From the IMG/VR virus record IMGVR_UViG_3300037418_000840: 64,000 nt of DNA. One strand, 5' to 3'. The notes below the pieces were generated by a model that ran no database searches, was not told where the DNA came from, and saw nothing but the letters and a program-made list of their open reading frames with translations. Source of the DNA: a virus (taxonomy: Duplodnaviria > Caudoviricetes). Position numbers and translations under genes: made by a program. This document shows, piece after piece, positions 19,701 through 28,774 of this stretch. Each line of letters begins with the position of its first letter. Position 1 is the first letter of the stretch.

Positions 19701-20981
19701 ACCGGCGGTCAATGACACTGCTCCAGGCCGACCATTGAACGTAGTGACGCCTGCGTTGGATATATTGCCCGACGCGTCCACGTTCAAGCCTGACCCCGAC
19801 GGCACGATCACGCCACCAAGTCCAGTCTGGGTGGCCGGCGCTACTGACAGATCACCCGACGCGTCTACGTTCAAACCTGTCTTGACGATGACCGATCCAA
19901 GTGTCGTGGTCGTCGCTGGAGGAACCGAAAAGGCGACCAAGGCATTGTGGACAAACGCAGTCGTGGCTAACGTCGTTGAATTGTCTCCAGTGGTCGCCGT
20001 CGGAGCCGTTGGGACACCCGTGAACGCAGGACTAGCGAGAAGTGCACCACCGACGCCCGTTACATCTGCGGCCTGGAGAGATATGGCTCCTGTGCGACCA
20101 TTGAACGACTGTACGTCTGCGGACAGCGAACCACCGACAGTCACGGACAGACCGGCACCAACACTTACGCCACCAACGGCCAACGTCGTAGCCACTGGAA
20201 GGTCAGTCCCTTCAATAGCACGGAAGGCTGGAACGTTGGCCGATCCAGATGCAGGACCCGAGAAGAAGGTCTTTGCGTTCTGACTTGAGAGCGTGGCCGT
20301 CAACGTTCCAGTGGTGGTCACCGGTGAACCTGAAACGTTGAAGATCGACGGCATACCCAAGGCCACCGATTGAACGCTTCCGGATGCTGTGCCTGACACC
20401 AACAGATCACCGTTAGCATCGACCGAGATCGTAATATTGGCCCCACCTGCTACTTTGCGAAGCTTGATGTTGGCCGTCGTGGCCCCACCATCGACGATGA
20501 TGGACGTGCCAGTACCCGCCGCGTCTGTCGCCTGAACTACTACATTTCCGGCTCCGTCCGGTGCTTGACTGGACACCGAGCGCACGTCACCGGCGTTCAC
20601 GTTAGGAACGTAGACTGCTCCCCACAAAGAGGTCACACCTGCCGATACCGTAGTTCCTGCAATCTGGACCGAGTTCTTCCACAGTTGAGCGTTGAACGGA
20701 AGTCCAGTGTAATCAGCAGTCATCTGATAGAAGACTTCTATCGAGCTACCGCTAATGATCGCATTCGTGATCGCGAGATACGGAATGACCAGTCGCCATG
20801 ATGTGCCATTCCAAAGATACATGCCGTTTGCCAGCGAATCCCCCCTGGCGAGAACTACGATTGGGGGATTTGGAGTCATTCCGGGAGCAGTCAGCGGCAA
20901 CTCTGATACCCAGGGAGCTACTACTGAACCCGATGCAGCACCCTGATGCAGAGTCACTGGATAATAGAAAACGCTTTCCAT
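16734..20981 (-). CDS. Long repetitive tail fibre
   Basis: Ten copies of a roughly 55-aa unit (VxSFNxRTGAVTLQASDV...FTGTPTAPTA...LATTAFV), ATTTTLGGV-type repeats, and a C-terminal beta tip. ATG at 20981 has an AAAGGGA RBS; the track start at 21017 lies inside a hairpin. Confidence 0.85.
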   Translation of the reverse strand: MESVFYYPVTLHQGAASGSVVAPWVSELPLTAPGMTPNPPIVVLARGDSLANGMYLWNGTSWRLVIPYLAITNAIISGSSIEVFYQMTADYTGLPFNAQLWKNSVQIAGTTVSAGVTSLWGAVYVPNVNAGDVRSVSSQAPDGAGNVVVQATDAAGTGTSIIVDGGATTANIKLRKVAGGANITISVDANGDLLVSGTASGSVQSVALGMPSIFNVSGSPVTTTGTLTATLSSQNAKTFFSGPASGSANVPAFRAIEGTDLPVATTLAVGGVSVGAGLSVTVGGSLSADVQSFNGRTGAISLQAADVTGVGGALLASPAFTGVPTAPTATTGDNSTTLATTAFVHNALVAFSVPPATTTTLGSVIVKTGLNVDASGDLSVAPATQTGLGGVIVPSGSGLNVDASGNISNAGVTTFNGRPGAVSLTAGDVSTVGGALLAGPAFTGVPTAPTAAPGTNTDQLATTAFVIAAINSSGVSSFNTRIGAVTLQASDVTGVGGALLASPSFTGTPTAPTAAPGTNTDQLATTAFVTAAINASGVSSFNTRTGAVTLQASDVSGVGGALLASPSFTGTPTAPTAAPGTNNTQIATTAFVTAAVQAQGVTSFNTRTGAVTLQLSDVTGVGGAPLASPAFTGAPTTPDINLASVTGTQVMNLNSVSLLTQGVITAAISGSQALTFEQYTYPTVVLGGSPSSPPTITVPNTGRWTFWNTLAFAATMSNGSGATVTIPSGEIWTVFADGVNGVQATNTVAVTQATSDNSQHLATTAFVHSVLNTLGVSSFNGRAGAVTLQASDVTGVGGALLASPAFTGLPTAPTAAIGDNSTTLSTTAFVQNTLLNTVSIPLSNVNETLTSAQYGGQVLEFTGVLTADVTLTVPSSGQWTMYNNTTGSFHVTIANGAGSTYVVPQNESAHVLSIGSLGVINANVAVNVITPATATTLGGVIVPNSGGLSVDASGNLSVAAATGTSLGGVKQGAGVTIAADGTISANVTSVAGRTGAVTLAVADVSGAAPLAGPAFTGVPTAPTAAPGTNTTQLATTAFVQAAIGGASVTSFNTRTGAVTLQASDVTGVGGALLASPAFTGTPTAPTAGVGDNSTTLATTNYVYGATQGLLSISLNGFASANSFSLSPQQYSYSAIEFTGTLGGNPVVTFPSTGKWTVYNQASDGGLGYQVKVNNGAGTTFTLTNGVVYTFLAAGSAGMILIATTATVYTFNNRTGNVTLQAADVTGVGGALLASPAFTGTPTAPTATAGTNTTQLATTAFVQAAVSGITAVTSFNTRTGAVTLQASDVTGVGGLLNASPTITGRTQSDAYSFTVTALGSVSGTQTLNLGTASEWTMTIAGATTIAFTNTLAAGISEVAYLRITNGGSSTITWPAGTQFASGTAPSLTVSGTDLLGVVYDTTTSTYMVFVIGPNVH
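17090..20120 (-). repeat. Degenerate intragenic repeats encoding the fibre shaft units
   Basis: Recurring DNA such as gtgttgaacga and gccgttggtgtccc(a/c)gtgaacgc; includes a run of adjacent units at about 19070-19750. Confidence 0.85.
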
Positions 20982-21004
20982 CACGGTTCCCTTTGAATGT
21001 TCAA

Positions 21005-21032
21005 AGGGCCGGTCCAATTCCGGACCGGCCCT
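21005..21032 (-). terminator. GC-rich hairpin after the endolysin stop (weak U tract)
   Basis: 11-bp stem AGGGCCGGTCC/GGACCGGCCCT. Confidence 0.55.
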
Positions 21033-21036
21033 CGCT

Positions 21037-21729
21037 TTACCATACGAAAATTTTGTTGGCTTTATTGAGCACTACGAGACGCTGTTGCACCAAGGTCGTC
21101 AACTGCTGGCCGGTCGCCCCGTTGATCCTATGCGTCGTCTCAGTAAATGCGTCGAGATCTGCCTGTGCGTTCAGCTGATTCTTATTCCAGAACCAACCGG
21201 CACTAAGCATCGCATCCTTCGGTTGCGCAACCAGATCAGGGGCCGCTACGATGTGACCATCTCCATATACGTCACTGTCGTACGCGGCGTAATTGCCACG
21301 CCCCGTCAAATGGAAACCACCACGACCACGAAAAGCCCAGCCATCGCCCGATGCAAGGTCACCATTGCCATTGCGATTGGCGTACACAAAGTTGGCGAGC
21401 TTCTGTGGATTCTTGACATAGTCTGGAGCATAGCCCTTGACCTGTCCTAGGACACCGCCGAGTACAGCCGGCATGTCCATCGTAAAGTGAGACGGCCACA
21501 CTTCACACAAGCGTTCGGCCGTCGTATAATTCAAATTCTCGGACCAGAAGGTAAAACCTTCCGTCTCGTAGAAGGCTTGACTCACGAAGTAACGGATTCG
21601 CCTCGGAGATTGATCGACTTGAAAACGATTCGCAGTCTCGTTGATTGAATCAGTGAGCTGAATGATGAGTGCTTTGTCGACCGACGTAGCGAACTGCATC
21701 ATCTGTTCCAACGTTACTTGATAAGCCAT
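21037..21729 (-). CDS. Endolysin, glycoside hydrolase family 19
   Basis: YFVSQAFYET, ENLNY, GDGWAFRGRG..HLTGRGNY, WFW and RING motifs of phage GH19 lysozymes. Confidence 0.9.
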   Translation of the reverse strand: MAYQVTLEQMMQFATSVDKALIIQLTDSINETANRFQVDQSPRRIRYFVSQAFYETEGFTFWSENLNYTTAERLCEVWPSHFTMDMPAVLGGVLGQVKGYAPDYVKNPQKLANFVYANRNGNGDLASGDGWAFRGRGGFHLTGRGNYAAYDSDVYGDGHIVAAPDLVAQPKDAMLSAGWFWNKNQLNAQADLDAFTETTHRINGATGQQLTTLVQQRLVVLNKANKIFVW

Positions 21730-21738
21730 AAAGGCCTC

Positions 21739-22215
21739 CTACTTATTAGGTACGACAAGGGTCGCTGCTGTTATGAAGATCGTTCCGTTCTTCAATGGAT
21801 TGAACGGATAGACCGCTTCGACTTGGATCAGGTATGTTCCTGGAACGAGTGCCGTTGGAACTGAGAGATCACCAATGGCAGCCAAGCTAATGTCGGTCGG
21901 ATCCTTGACTAGCATGTCCGGGAATACATACCGCGAATCCCCATGCTGATCTTCGATCCATATGTGGTACACAACTCGACTAGCATCGACCTGAGTGGTG
22001 AACGTCGATTGAAGATGGATGGATTCTCCAGCAGAGGCGATCAGCGTTTGATCGGTCTGCACATAGTTGATTGAGGGCGCGCGTTCGAACCCCCAGACGA
22101 TGGTGGCGCAGACCAGCCCGGCCAACATCAAAGGAGAGACCACCGTGAACAACCCATCGAAGAAAGCTAGGGCTTGTTTCACGGCAGTCGTCTGTAGCTT
22201 CGTACTGTGAATCAC
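21739..22215 (-). CDS. Single-pass membrane protein inside the lysis cassette (possible lysis regulator)
   Basis: N-terminal hydrophobic helix plus a beta-rich soluble domain; lies between holin and endolysin. Confidence 0.45.
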   Translation of the reverse strand: MIHSTKLQTTAVKQALAFFDGLFTVVSPLMLAGLVCATIVWGFERAPSINYVQTDQTLIASAGESIHLQSTFTTQVDASRVVYHIWIEDQHGDSRYVFPDMLVKDPTDISLAAIGDLSVPTALVPGTYLIQVEAVYPFNPLKNGTIFITAATLVVPNK

Positions 22216-22218
22216 GGT

Positions 22219-22614
22219 TTATTCCCCTTCTTTCGGACCGCCCGTCGGCTGGGGGTTCACCTCGACCTTAACTACGACGCCGTCCTCGCTCTTCTCTTCG
22301 AGCTCGGAGCTTGGGGGCAGCCCAAGACGCAGACGATACAGGTTTTCAATTTCACGGAGAGCCCGTGTGCCCATGAGTCCGGATGTCGAAATCAAGACTG
22401 CCGACAACGGACCACTGATATTCGCCCATTCACATATCCAGAATGTCATCAGGCCAGCAAATCCGGCGGTGACTAAATCCCGAACGAGGATCACCCAACT
22501 GAAGCGTGTGCTCTTCTGGTTGAGATACTTGACTGCACCCCCGATCAGAGCAAGGCCCAAGACCCATAGATACGTGGTCAGCGGATATCCGAACGGATCT
22601 TTGTTGTCAATCAT
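22219..22614 (-). CDS. Holin (LydA-like)
   Basis: TYLWVLGLALIGGAVKYL...DLVTAGFAGLMTFWIC...ISTSGLMGTRAL gives about three TM helices and a charged C-terminus; ATG at 22614 preceded by GGAG. Confidence 0.8.
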   Translation of the reverse strand: MIDNKDPFGYPLTTYLWVLGLALIGGAVKYLNQKSTRFSWVILVRDLVTAGFAGLMTFWICEWANISGPLSAVLISTSGLMGTRALREIENLYRLRLGLPPSSELEEKSEDGVVVKVEVNPQPTGGPKEGE

Positions 22615-22739
22615 AGTTGCTCCAGATTTCTTTAATCTCAACTCCTAGTTGCTGTGCGGTTGCTGCTACCCGTAGCAGACGTAAAATTGCCCGTACCGAC
22701 GAATTTGACTACCAGTAAATAGACACAAAGGAGATGATC

Positions 22740-23030
22740 ATGGCCAAACTATTTCGTGGCTTCAGCATGACGCAGGTGGCTGCGCGTGCGCTCGACGATC
22801 CTCGAATGATCAAGAGTTTCGTCGAAACGCTCCTCGTGCAAAGCAACAACTTCGTGGACGTGCAGTTCGATACTGCTATGAGTACCATTAACGACCGAGT
22901 CAAGCAGGAGTTCGGTCACGAGATTTCGATAACGGCAATGGACGTGGAGACAGGCGACACGGCAGACGAGTTCTCCGACGTCCTACTGTTTCAGATCGAT
23001 GTTGACGTACCCTCCAAGAGACTTCACTGA
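22740..23030 (+). CDS. Hypothetical acidic protein
   Basis: AAAGGAG RBS; coupled to the exonuclease gene; downstream of a GTAAATA motif. Confidence 0.6.
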   Translation: MAKLFRGFSMTQVAARALDDPRMIKSFVETLLVQSNNFVDVQFDTAMSTINDRVKQEFGHEISITAMDVETGDTADEFSDVLLFQIDVDVPSKRLH

Positions 23031-23965
23031 TGAAGCAGAAGCCAATTATTTTTGTTATTGATGGGAACTGGTATCTGCACAGATCGTTCTCGACTCTGAA
23101 GACTAATCGACCAATCGAGGAAGCACTGCCTTACCATTTCGTTTCGATGGTGGTCAAGGACGCACTGTTCGTCAAGGCCCGTCATCTGCTGGTTGCCTTT
23201 GACGGACCGAAGATATTCCGGTACAAGGTGTACCCACTGTACAAGCACAGTCGTAACAACAAGAAGGGGAGAGACCAGAATGATGATGACCAAAAATCCA
23301 AGGACATCTACGAATTCCTGCCCGCCATCTTCAACCTACTCGACAAGGTGGGGATTGTCTATTATCAGCCCCGTAAGTACGAGGCCGATGACGTGCTCTG
23401 CGCAGTGGCTCGCCAATATGCGTTCGGAGATCGAGCGTCTAGCGATGTACCCGCTTTTCGATTCATTGGTGGGTGCCGCGACAAGGACGCGAACCAATAT
23501 GTACAAGGCCCCCATATCCGGTTACTCGACAGTAGCGCGAAGGACAAGGACGGACAGCCCCGGCCCAAGTTTCTGGACGAGGCCGCCATCACAGATGCGA
23601 CAGGTCTGCGCCCTGATCAACATGCTGACTATCAAACATTAATCGGCGACAAGGGTGACGACATTCCGAAGATTCCAGGCTTTACACCAGTTCGCACCAA
23701 GAAGATCCTCCAGAAGTACGGAACGCTTCGCCGTTGGTACAAGAAGTCACGTGCGGCACGGGCCGAACTAGCTCCGTATCTGGCAGACTTGGTCCGGAAC
23801 AGGAAGCTCGTCACTCTAGTCGACGAAGCACTGCCACCCGGCACTCCCGAGGACTGGGTGCTGCCCCGAACCAAGGTCAACGATCCATTCCTGACCAAGA
23901 ACTATCACACGTATCATCTCTTCCTTTGGCCTAAGTCGAAGGGCTTGTTCGCCCGTCGCTCTTAG
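23030..23965 (+). CDS. 5'-3' exonuclease / flap endonuclease (T4 RNase H, T5 D15, Pol I N-terminal family)
   Basis: DGN, AFDG..FR...YPLYK..R, EADD, DKD..Q, LIGDKGDDIP.IPG helix-3-turn-helix motifs. Confidence 0.92.
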   Translation: MKQKPIIFVIDGNWYLHRSFSTLKTNRPIEEALPYHFVSMVVKDALFVKARHLLVAFDGPKIFRYKVYPLYKHSRNNKKGRDQNDDDQKSKDIYEFLPAIFNLLDKVGIVYYQPRKYEADDVLCAVARQYAFGDRASSDVPAFRFIGGCRDKDANQYVQGPHIRLLDSSAKDKDGQPRPKFLDEAAITDATGLRPDQHADYQTLIGDKGDDIPKIPGFTPVRTKKILQKYGTLRRWYKKSRAARAELAPYLADLVRNRKLVTLVDEALPPGTPEDWVLPRTKVNDPFLTKNYHTYHLFLWPKSKGLFARRS

Positions 23966-24333
23966 TAGGAGTTGGGATTCCCCTGCTCCTTGTCTGCCTC
24001 ATCAACCGCCTGCACTTGCGCCGGAGTCAACTGTGATGCGGGAAGGTCCACATTGGAAAGACAGTGGCCCTTCCCGAACAGAAAGTCGATAATCGGCGCA
24101 ACGACCTGAGCCCATTTCCGTCCCTGAATAAACGCGTCACCAACATGCGCTGAGATGGTTTCGTTTGCGGGACCACCGAACAGCGCGTTCCCACATTCGT
24201 CCTGAGCTACGGCCATCGCCTTGGCTCGCACTTCGGACCCCACCAGAGCCTGGACCAGCATGGCCAGAAGCAGGGGCACTGAAAAGACGACACACAGCAG
24301 CCATAGAAGCAACAGCTTGAATCTCTTTTTCAT
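23962..24333 (-). CDS. Conserved phage hypothetical membrane-associated protein
   Basis: N-terminal TM helix; motif D.CGNALFGG..NETIS...G...IDFLF..GHC, which I recall near phage tail and lysis genes. Confidence 0.55.
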   Translation of the reverse strand: MKKRFKLLLLWLLCVVFSVPLLLAMLVQALVGSEVRAKAMAVAQDECGNALFGGPANETISAHVGDAFIQGRKWAQVVAPIIDFLFGKGHCLSNVDLPASQLTPAQVQAVDEADKEQGNPNSY

Positions 24334-24352
24334 GATAGTTCCTTGGTCTTAA

Positions 24353-27300
24353 TTACCCTACATAGGGTCCGACACGGATCTGGGACCCCTGCATGGCTAC
24401 CCCTGAGGATCCAGCAACCAGACGCGCGGTTCCGAACCGAACGACCTCGGATACTGACGACTCGTTAGCGAAGCCAGATGTCGTACGATCGAACTTCCCG
24501 AAGTACATGTTGGTTGCCGATTCCGTGCGCTGAGCCGCGTCCACTTGAACTTGGATACCACCTGTTCCGGTGTCTGTCAGGTATAGATAATAGGTGCCTA
24601 CTGCATAGCCCGACATGTCTATGAAGGTCGATGGCAGATTGTACTCCTTGTGGTTCAAACGTCCTTGAAGAGCCCCCAACTGGAGGATGAAGTTGTTGGC
24701 GATGGCCGTCATCACCATCAGTTCGGCCAAGTTTACACTTCCAGGTTGACTGGTACCTCCATCATTGGCCGGAGTAGTGATCGCCTGATTCCATGATGCT
24801 TGGAAATCACTCAAGACAGCCACCGCACTCGTCGTGTAACGCGAGATCGGAATGTCTGATTCTGGAACCGATATTCCAAAATACGGAGACGTGCACAGAC
24901 CCTGGGTGGCTGCCGCACACACGAAGTGATTCCGACTCATGGACAACGGTCCCCACGTGTTGGACGATGTCGCTGCACCGGCGTTGTTCACTACGGCAAT
25001 GAGAGCGAACCGTGTTAGATCTCCCGTCGAAATTATGCCCGATGCCGATGACCAGTGAATCAGTGCCTGGGTCGTTGACAGCCACACGATATGAGCACGA
25101 CCAAACCATTGATCATTACCGGTGTTTCCTAGGTAGAGTCCAGACGTGGTCGTTGTCCCACGGTTTATCAACGTGACTGACGCAGTGTTTGTCAACGAGA
25201 AGACCCCAGCAGTGACTGCAGCCGGAGTGGTGAAGAACACAGTCTGCCACGCGTTGGATCCGTTCACAAACTCAACACGTCCTAACGCAAAAGCTACACC
25301 GTCTTCCGTGAAGTTCAACACCGGAATCACTTCGATGTTGTACGCTGTCGAATACGTGTCCGGCCATTGGGCCAGGGCCGCCGTCGCTACTGTTGCTTTG
25401 ACGGCCGCCAATTGCGACGACAGATTTGCGTCACTGGTCCAAGCTACTGGAGGAGGGACCATCAAGCCACCTGTGACCGACCAAGTACCAAGCCGAATGC
25501 TCTGGCTGTTAGGCGATATGACTGAGCCGTAGGACGAGCTCAATGTATCGGTCAAGACTCGGAGCGCCATGTTCTTGATGTTGGCCGGACTCGTCCCATT
25601 GTTCGCCGACCACACATTGATCATCGTGTGCATGTCATTGACGTTGTTTGACAGATCACTACTGGTCGACAAACTCACCTCACCAACGCGTGCCCGCATA
25701 CCGGGGGTCAGGACACCATTCCGATTGTAGTTCGTGTCGGTGATGACTGATCCAGCGGGCAGACTCGATCCTACCCAGATGAAGTTATTGTGCGCGTCGT
25801 AACCATTGGCCAGCAGGAGATCCGGCTGGACGTACATACCGTGCAAGACCGAAGCTAGCTTTGCCGATGGCATAACCACAGCCGTGCTCATCTGCTTACA
25901 TCCAGTGTTGTTCCCCACCTTGAACCGAGGATTAACGTTGAACATAGGCCACAGAGTCGCGACCTTGTTGACCTGAGCAGCAGCCAACGATCCTAGGTTG
26001 GACCCAGACATGAGCTTCTGTGTCGCACGGAAGAATTGGTTCGAGCCCACAAAGGATACTGATCCATACCCAGAGTAGTACCAATTGATGTTCATACCAT
26101 TGCTGATGTATACCTGATCGATACCATCGAATCCAACCGTGAGCGGCAGCTTGTTGACGCACGTCGACGGCGTGGCCCCATTCGATTGAACAGTCTCGTC
26201 CGGAAGCACATAGTTCGCATTGTATCCAATGTGAAAAGGGGCCGGCTGCACGTGATACAGGTCAACACCACCCGTTCCAGGCGTGGTGTACGTGAGTTGA
26301 GCATTCGTGTAGGATCCAGCAGATCCCGTGAACTGAACAGACAGTGAGTACACGATTTGGAACGGTGCTTGATTCACGGTGTCCAACACTTCACCCTTAG
26401 ATCCCAGGGCGATGTAATAGTTGCCAGACGTGTCGACTTCACCATCGAGATACGGTAGTGCAGTGTTGATCCATGCACTGGTCGGCGGCCACGGCCAATT
26501 GGTACCAGTTGGAATTGAGACCGCCCCGGTCTGCATATTATACAGACGGAATAGATCAGTATAGCCCGCAGGAGCCGCGTGGCCCATAACACCGGGAAAT
26601 GTAGCGGCTGTCGATATCCCTCCCGTGTTCGGCCAACTGACGGTCTGAATTGTGAACTGTGGAGGCGTGTACGTGGCCGGACTAGCCGGAAGTGCTGCGC
26701 TAGAGAACGGATACGTTGAATCCTGTGCGTTCCATCCACCAATCCACACGAGACCCTGTTGCCACGATTGTGTCGTGATGAAGAAGCAGGTGCCGACGCG
26801 CACAACCTTGAACAAAGTTCCAGCTTCGAGCGTGATCAACGACGCGTAGTTGTTGACCATCGGCGTTATTTCCACATAGGTGTGGCCGCTGACAGTCGAC
26901 AGAGAACCGTTGTGTCGCACGTACACGTAGCGATAGGTCAGCGTAGCGTTCGATGAATCGGCCAGTACCAGGGTGAAACCCTGAAGATCGCCACCAACGA
27001 CCGCCGCTGGAACCCAGACCGATCCACTGAGCCACGGTGGACTATAAGTCACAGTTGAGAACGCGAGATCCTGTTGGTTGTCGAAGGCCCCACTCATGAA
27101 TACTTGCTGAGTTGGGCCGTTGGTGCGACCGTATAGGCCAAAGACCTGACCATTGGGTTCTTCGAATTCGTAGTTACCGCCACCCAACGAATCGTTCGAC
27201 GATCCATTGAGAAAGATATAGCCTGCGCCCAATGTCTTGGTCGACGAGATGTCCATCACATCTTTCGCGTACGATTGGGCCACGTGACCCACTGACATAG

Positions 27301-27436
27301 ACTGATCTTGTGCGTTGCTGAGCACCACGGTATTGCCACTGCCATCTTTGGTCAGTAGCTGACTTGTGGCCGTGTCAAAGCCCAGTTCGCCCTCCATCAA
27401 GAGTGACGTATTGGTCTGATATTTGTAGTCTGCCAT
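24353..27436 (-). CDS. Large receptor-binding / tail fibre-like protein with Mtd_N-like N-terminus
   Basis: LMEGELGFDTATSQLLTKDG N-terminal motif; 1027 aa, S/T/G/N- and aromatic-rich beta protein. Confidence 0.6.
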   Translation of the reverse strand: MADYKYQTNTSLLMEGELGFDTATSQLLTKDGSGNTVVLSNAQDQSMSVGHVAQSYAKDVMDISSTKTLGAGYIFLNGSSNDSLGGGNYEFEEPNGQVFGLYGRTNGPTQQVFMSGAFDNQQDLAFSTVTYSPPWLSGSVWVPAAVVGGDLQGFTLVLADSSNATLTYRYVYVRHNGSLSTVSGHTYVEITPMVNNYASLITLEAGTLFKVVRVGTCFFITTQSWQQGLVWIGGWNAQDSTYPFSSAALPASPATYTPPQFTIQTVSWPNTGGISTAATFPGVMGHAAPAGYTDLFRLYNMQTGAVSIPTGTNWPWPPTSAWINTALPYLDGEVDTSGNYYIALGSKGEVLDTVNQAPFQIVYSLSVQFTGSAGSYTNAQLTYTTPGTGGVDLYHVQPAPFHIGYNANYVLPDETVQSNGATPSTCVNKLPLTVGFDGIDQVYISNGMNINWYYSGYGSVSFVGSNQFFRATQKLMSGSNLGSLAAAQVNKVATLWPMFNVNPRFKVGNNTGCKQMSTAVVMPSAKLASVLHGMYVQPDLLLANGYDAHNNFIWVGSSLPAGSVITDTNYNRNGVLTPGMRARVGEVSLSTSSDLSNNVNDMHTMINVWSANNGTSPANIKNMALRVLTDTLSSSYGSVISPNSQSIRLGTWSVTGGLMVPPPVAWTSDANLSSQLAAVKATVATAALAQWPDTYSTAYNIEVIPVLNFTEDGVAFALGRVEFVNGSNAWQTVFFTTPAAVTAGVFSLTNTASVTLINRGTTTTSGLYLGNTGNDQWFGRAHIVWLSTTQALIHWSSASGIISTGDLTRFALIAVVNNAGAATSSNTWGPLSMSRNHFVCAAATQGLCTSPYFGISVPESDIPISRYTTSAVAVLSDFQASWNQAITTPANDGGTSQPGSVNLAELMVMTAIANNFILQLGALQGRLNHKEYNLPSTFIDMSGYAVGTYYLYLTDTGTGGIQVQVDAAQRTESATNMYFGKFDRTTSGFANESSVSEVVRFGTARLVAGSSGVAMQGSQIRVGPYVG

Positions 27437-27454
27437 TTCGAATATCCTTCAGGC

Positions 27455-28090
27455 TTACCACGGCATGATACTTGAGCCGTTTGAGGTAGAGATGCTGTAG
27501 CTGGTTGATGCGGGACCGTTGACCGCCAGACTGCCCATCCATCGCCCGTTGACCGCACCCGTAACCACCGCCGCAGTGACGGTCACTGTGTTGACGTTGA
27601 TACGACAGATCTCCACGCCATTAGCAGTTGGATCCAGTGACGAGGTCAACACGTAGGAGAAGGCGGTTAGACCCCACTGATAACCAACGACGAGACTGTA
27701 CGTGTTGGTCCCTGACGCTACTGATCCGGCGTACGAACCAGACTGCACTGTCTGGACTGAGCTATTCCAGAAGACATTTATCGTCGGGAACGTTGTGGTC
27801 AACGTGGTACCAGAGACCGAAGCGCCAAAGCCCGATGTCGTAGGCTTGCTCATGTATTGAGCGTTGACGTGACGCGCTAACTGTGCTAGTCCACCATTTC
27901 CGTCGGAGACCAGCGGTTCAAACCCCGCGAGCTCATAGACGCCCATAGACGTCTGCGCCCAAATCTCGAAGTTCACATCATCAAACGTGTAGCATCCAGC
28001 GCGCGCCGCACTGTTGGCCGCGCTTAGGGGGCTGCCTATCACTTGTCCCACTGACTCTAGCGGGACCAGATGTTCCATAATTGTCATCAC
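27455..28090 (-). CDS. Tail-associated structural protein
   Basis: Coupled within the fibre operon; S/T/G-rich beta composition. Confidence 0.5.
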   Translation of the reverse strand: MMTIMEHLVPLESVGQVIGSPLSAANSAARAGCYTFDDVNFEIWAQTSMGVYELAGFEPLVSDGNGGLAQLARHVNAQYMSKPTTSGFGASVSGTTLTTTFPTINVFWNSSVQTVQSGSYAGSVASGTNTYSLVVGYQWGLTAFSYVLTSSLDPTANGVEICRINVNTVTVTAAVVTGAVNGRWMGSLAVNGPASTSYSISTSNGSSIMPW

Positions 28091-28101
28091 TACCTCTCAG
28101 C

Positions 28102-28758
28102 TTATGGGTGTCCCCAATAGGTGGCGGCCGCCGCACCCGGGAATCCGGTACTGACCGGAATGGCACCGAACGTCTGCACGTTTGACACACGGAAGATCGG
28201 GACGTTGCCCGCCGTGTCTGCCGCTTGCCACTGTGGTATGTAGAACCACGACTGGATATTCACCGATTCGGACATGAAGACCAATGTCACATCATTGGTC
28301 AGAGGATTGATGGTCCCGCTATTGGCAGGCAATGGACTGGTCAACCCTGATAGAGTTGCGGCCTTGGTTCCAGTGTTGAACGCCAATTGATAGGCACCTG
28401 ATGCCGCTTTCGGGCACGTCATTGGTCCTGCGATGTACCACAGACGGCCGAGTGCAAAGACTGAGATCGTCTGAAGCGTTGCCAGTGAAGTGCCGATCGT
28501 AAAAGCAGTAGTCAGTTCGCTCGACGTGTAACCGGGAGCGAATTGAGCTACTGGATGGAACTGGACTGGAATGTGAACTCCTAGTGCCGCACTAGGATTC
28601 GACAGACCTGCGACCCCGCTAGAGATCACATCGATAGTTCCATCTGGAGTCGGCGCATAAACCTTCTGATCAGGTATGTTGATCCCCACCTGACCTCGGT
28701 TCAACGACGAGGGAACTGCACCCGGCGTCGTTGAGTATAGGTGTCGAAACTTAGCCAT
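28102..28758 (-). CDS. Short fibre/spike-like protein with Mtd_N-like N-terminus
   Basis: STTPGAVPSSLNRGQVGINIPDQKVY matches the L..GE.G.N..D.K.Y trimer-anchoring motif type. Confidence 0.55.
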   Translation of the reverse strand: MAKFRHLYSTTPGAVPSSLNRGQVGINIPDQKVYAPTPDGTIDVISSGVAGLSNPSAALGVHIPVQFHPVAQFAPGYTSSELTTAFTIGTSLATLQTISVFALGRLWYIAGPMTCPKAASGAYQLAFNTGTKAATLSGLTSPLPANSGTINPLTNDVTLVFMSESVNIQSWFYIPQWQAADTAGNVPIFRVSNVQTFGAIPVSTGFPGAAAATYWGHP

Positions 28759-28774
28759 TGTCTATCCGTCTAGG

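Noticed and set aside
24353-28758. Diversity-generating retroelement suggested by Mtd_N-like N-termini
   Set aside because: No reverse transcriptase and no template/variable repeat pair differing at adenines was seen. Mtd_N is only an anchoring motif.
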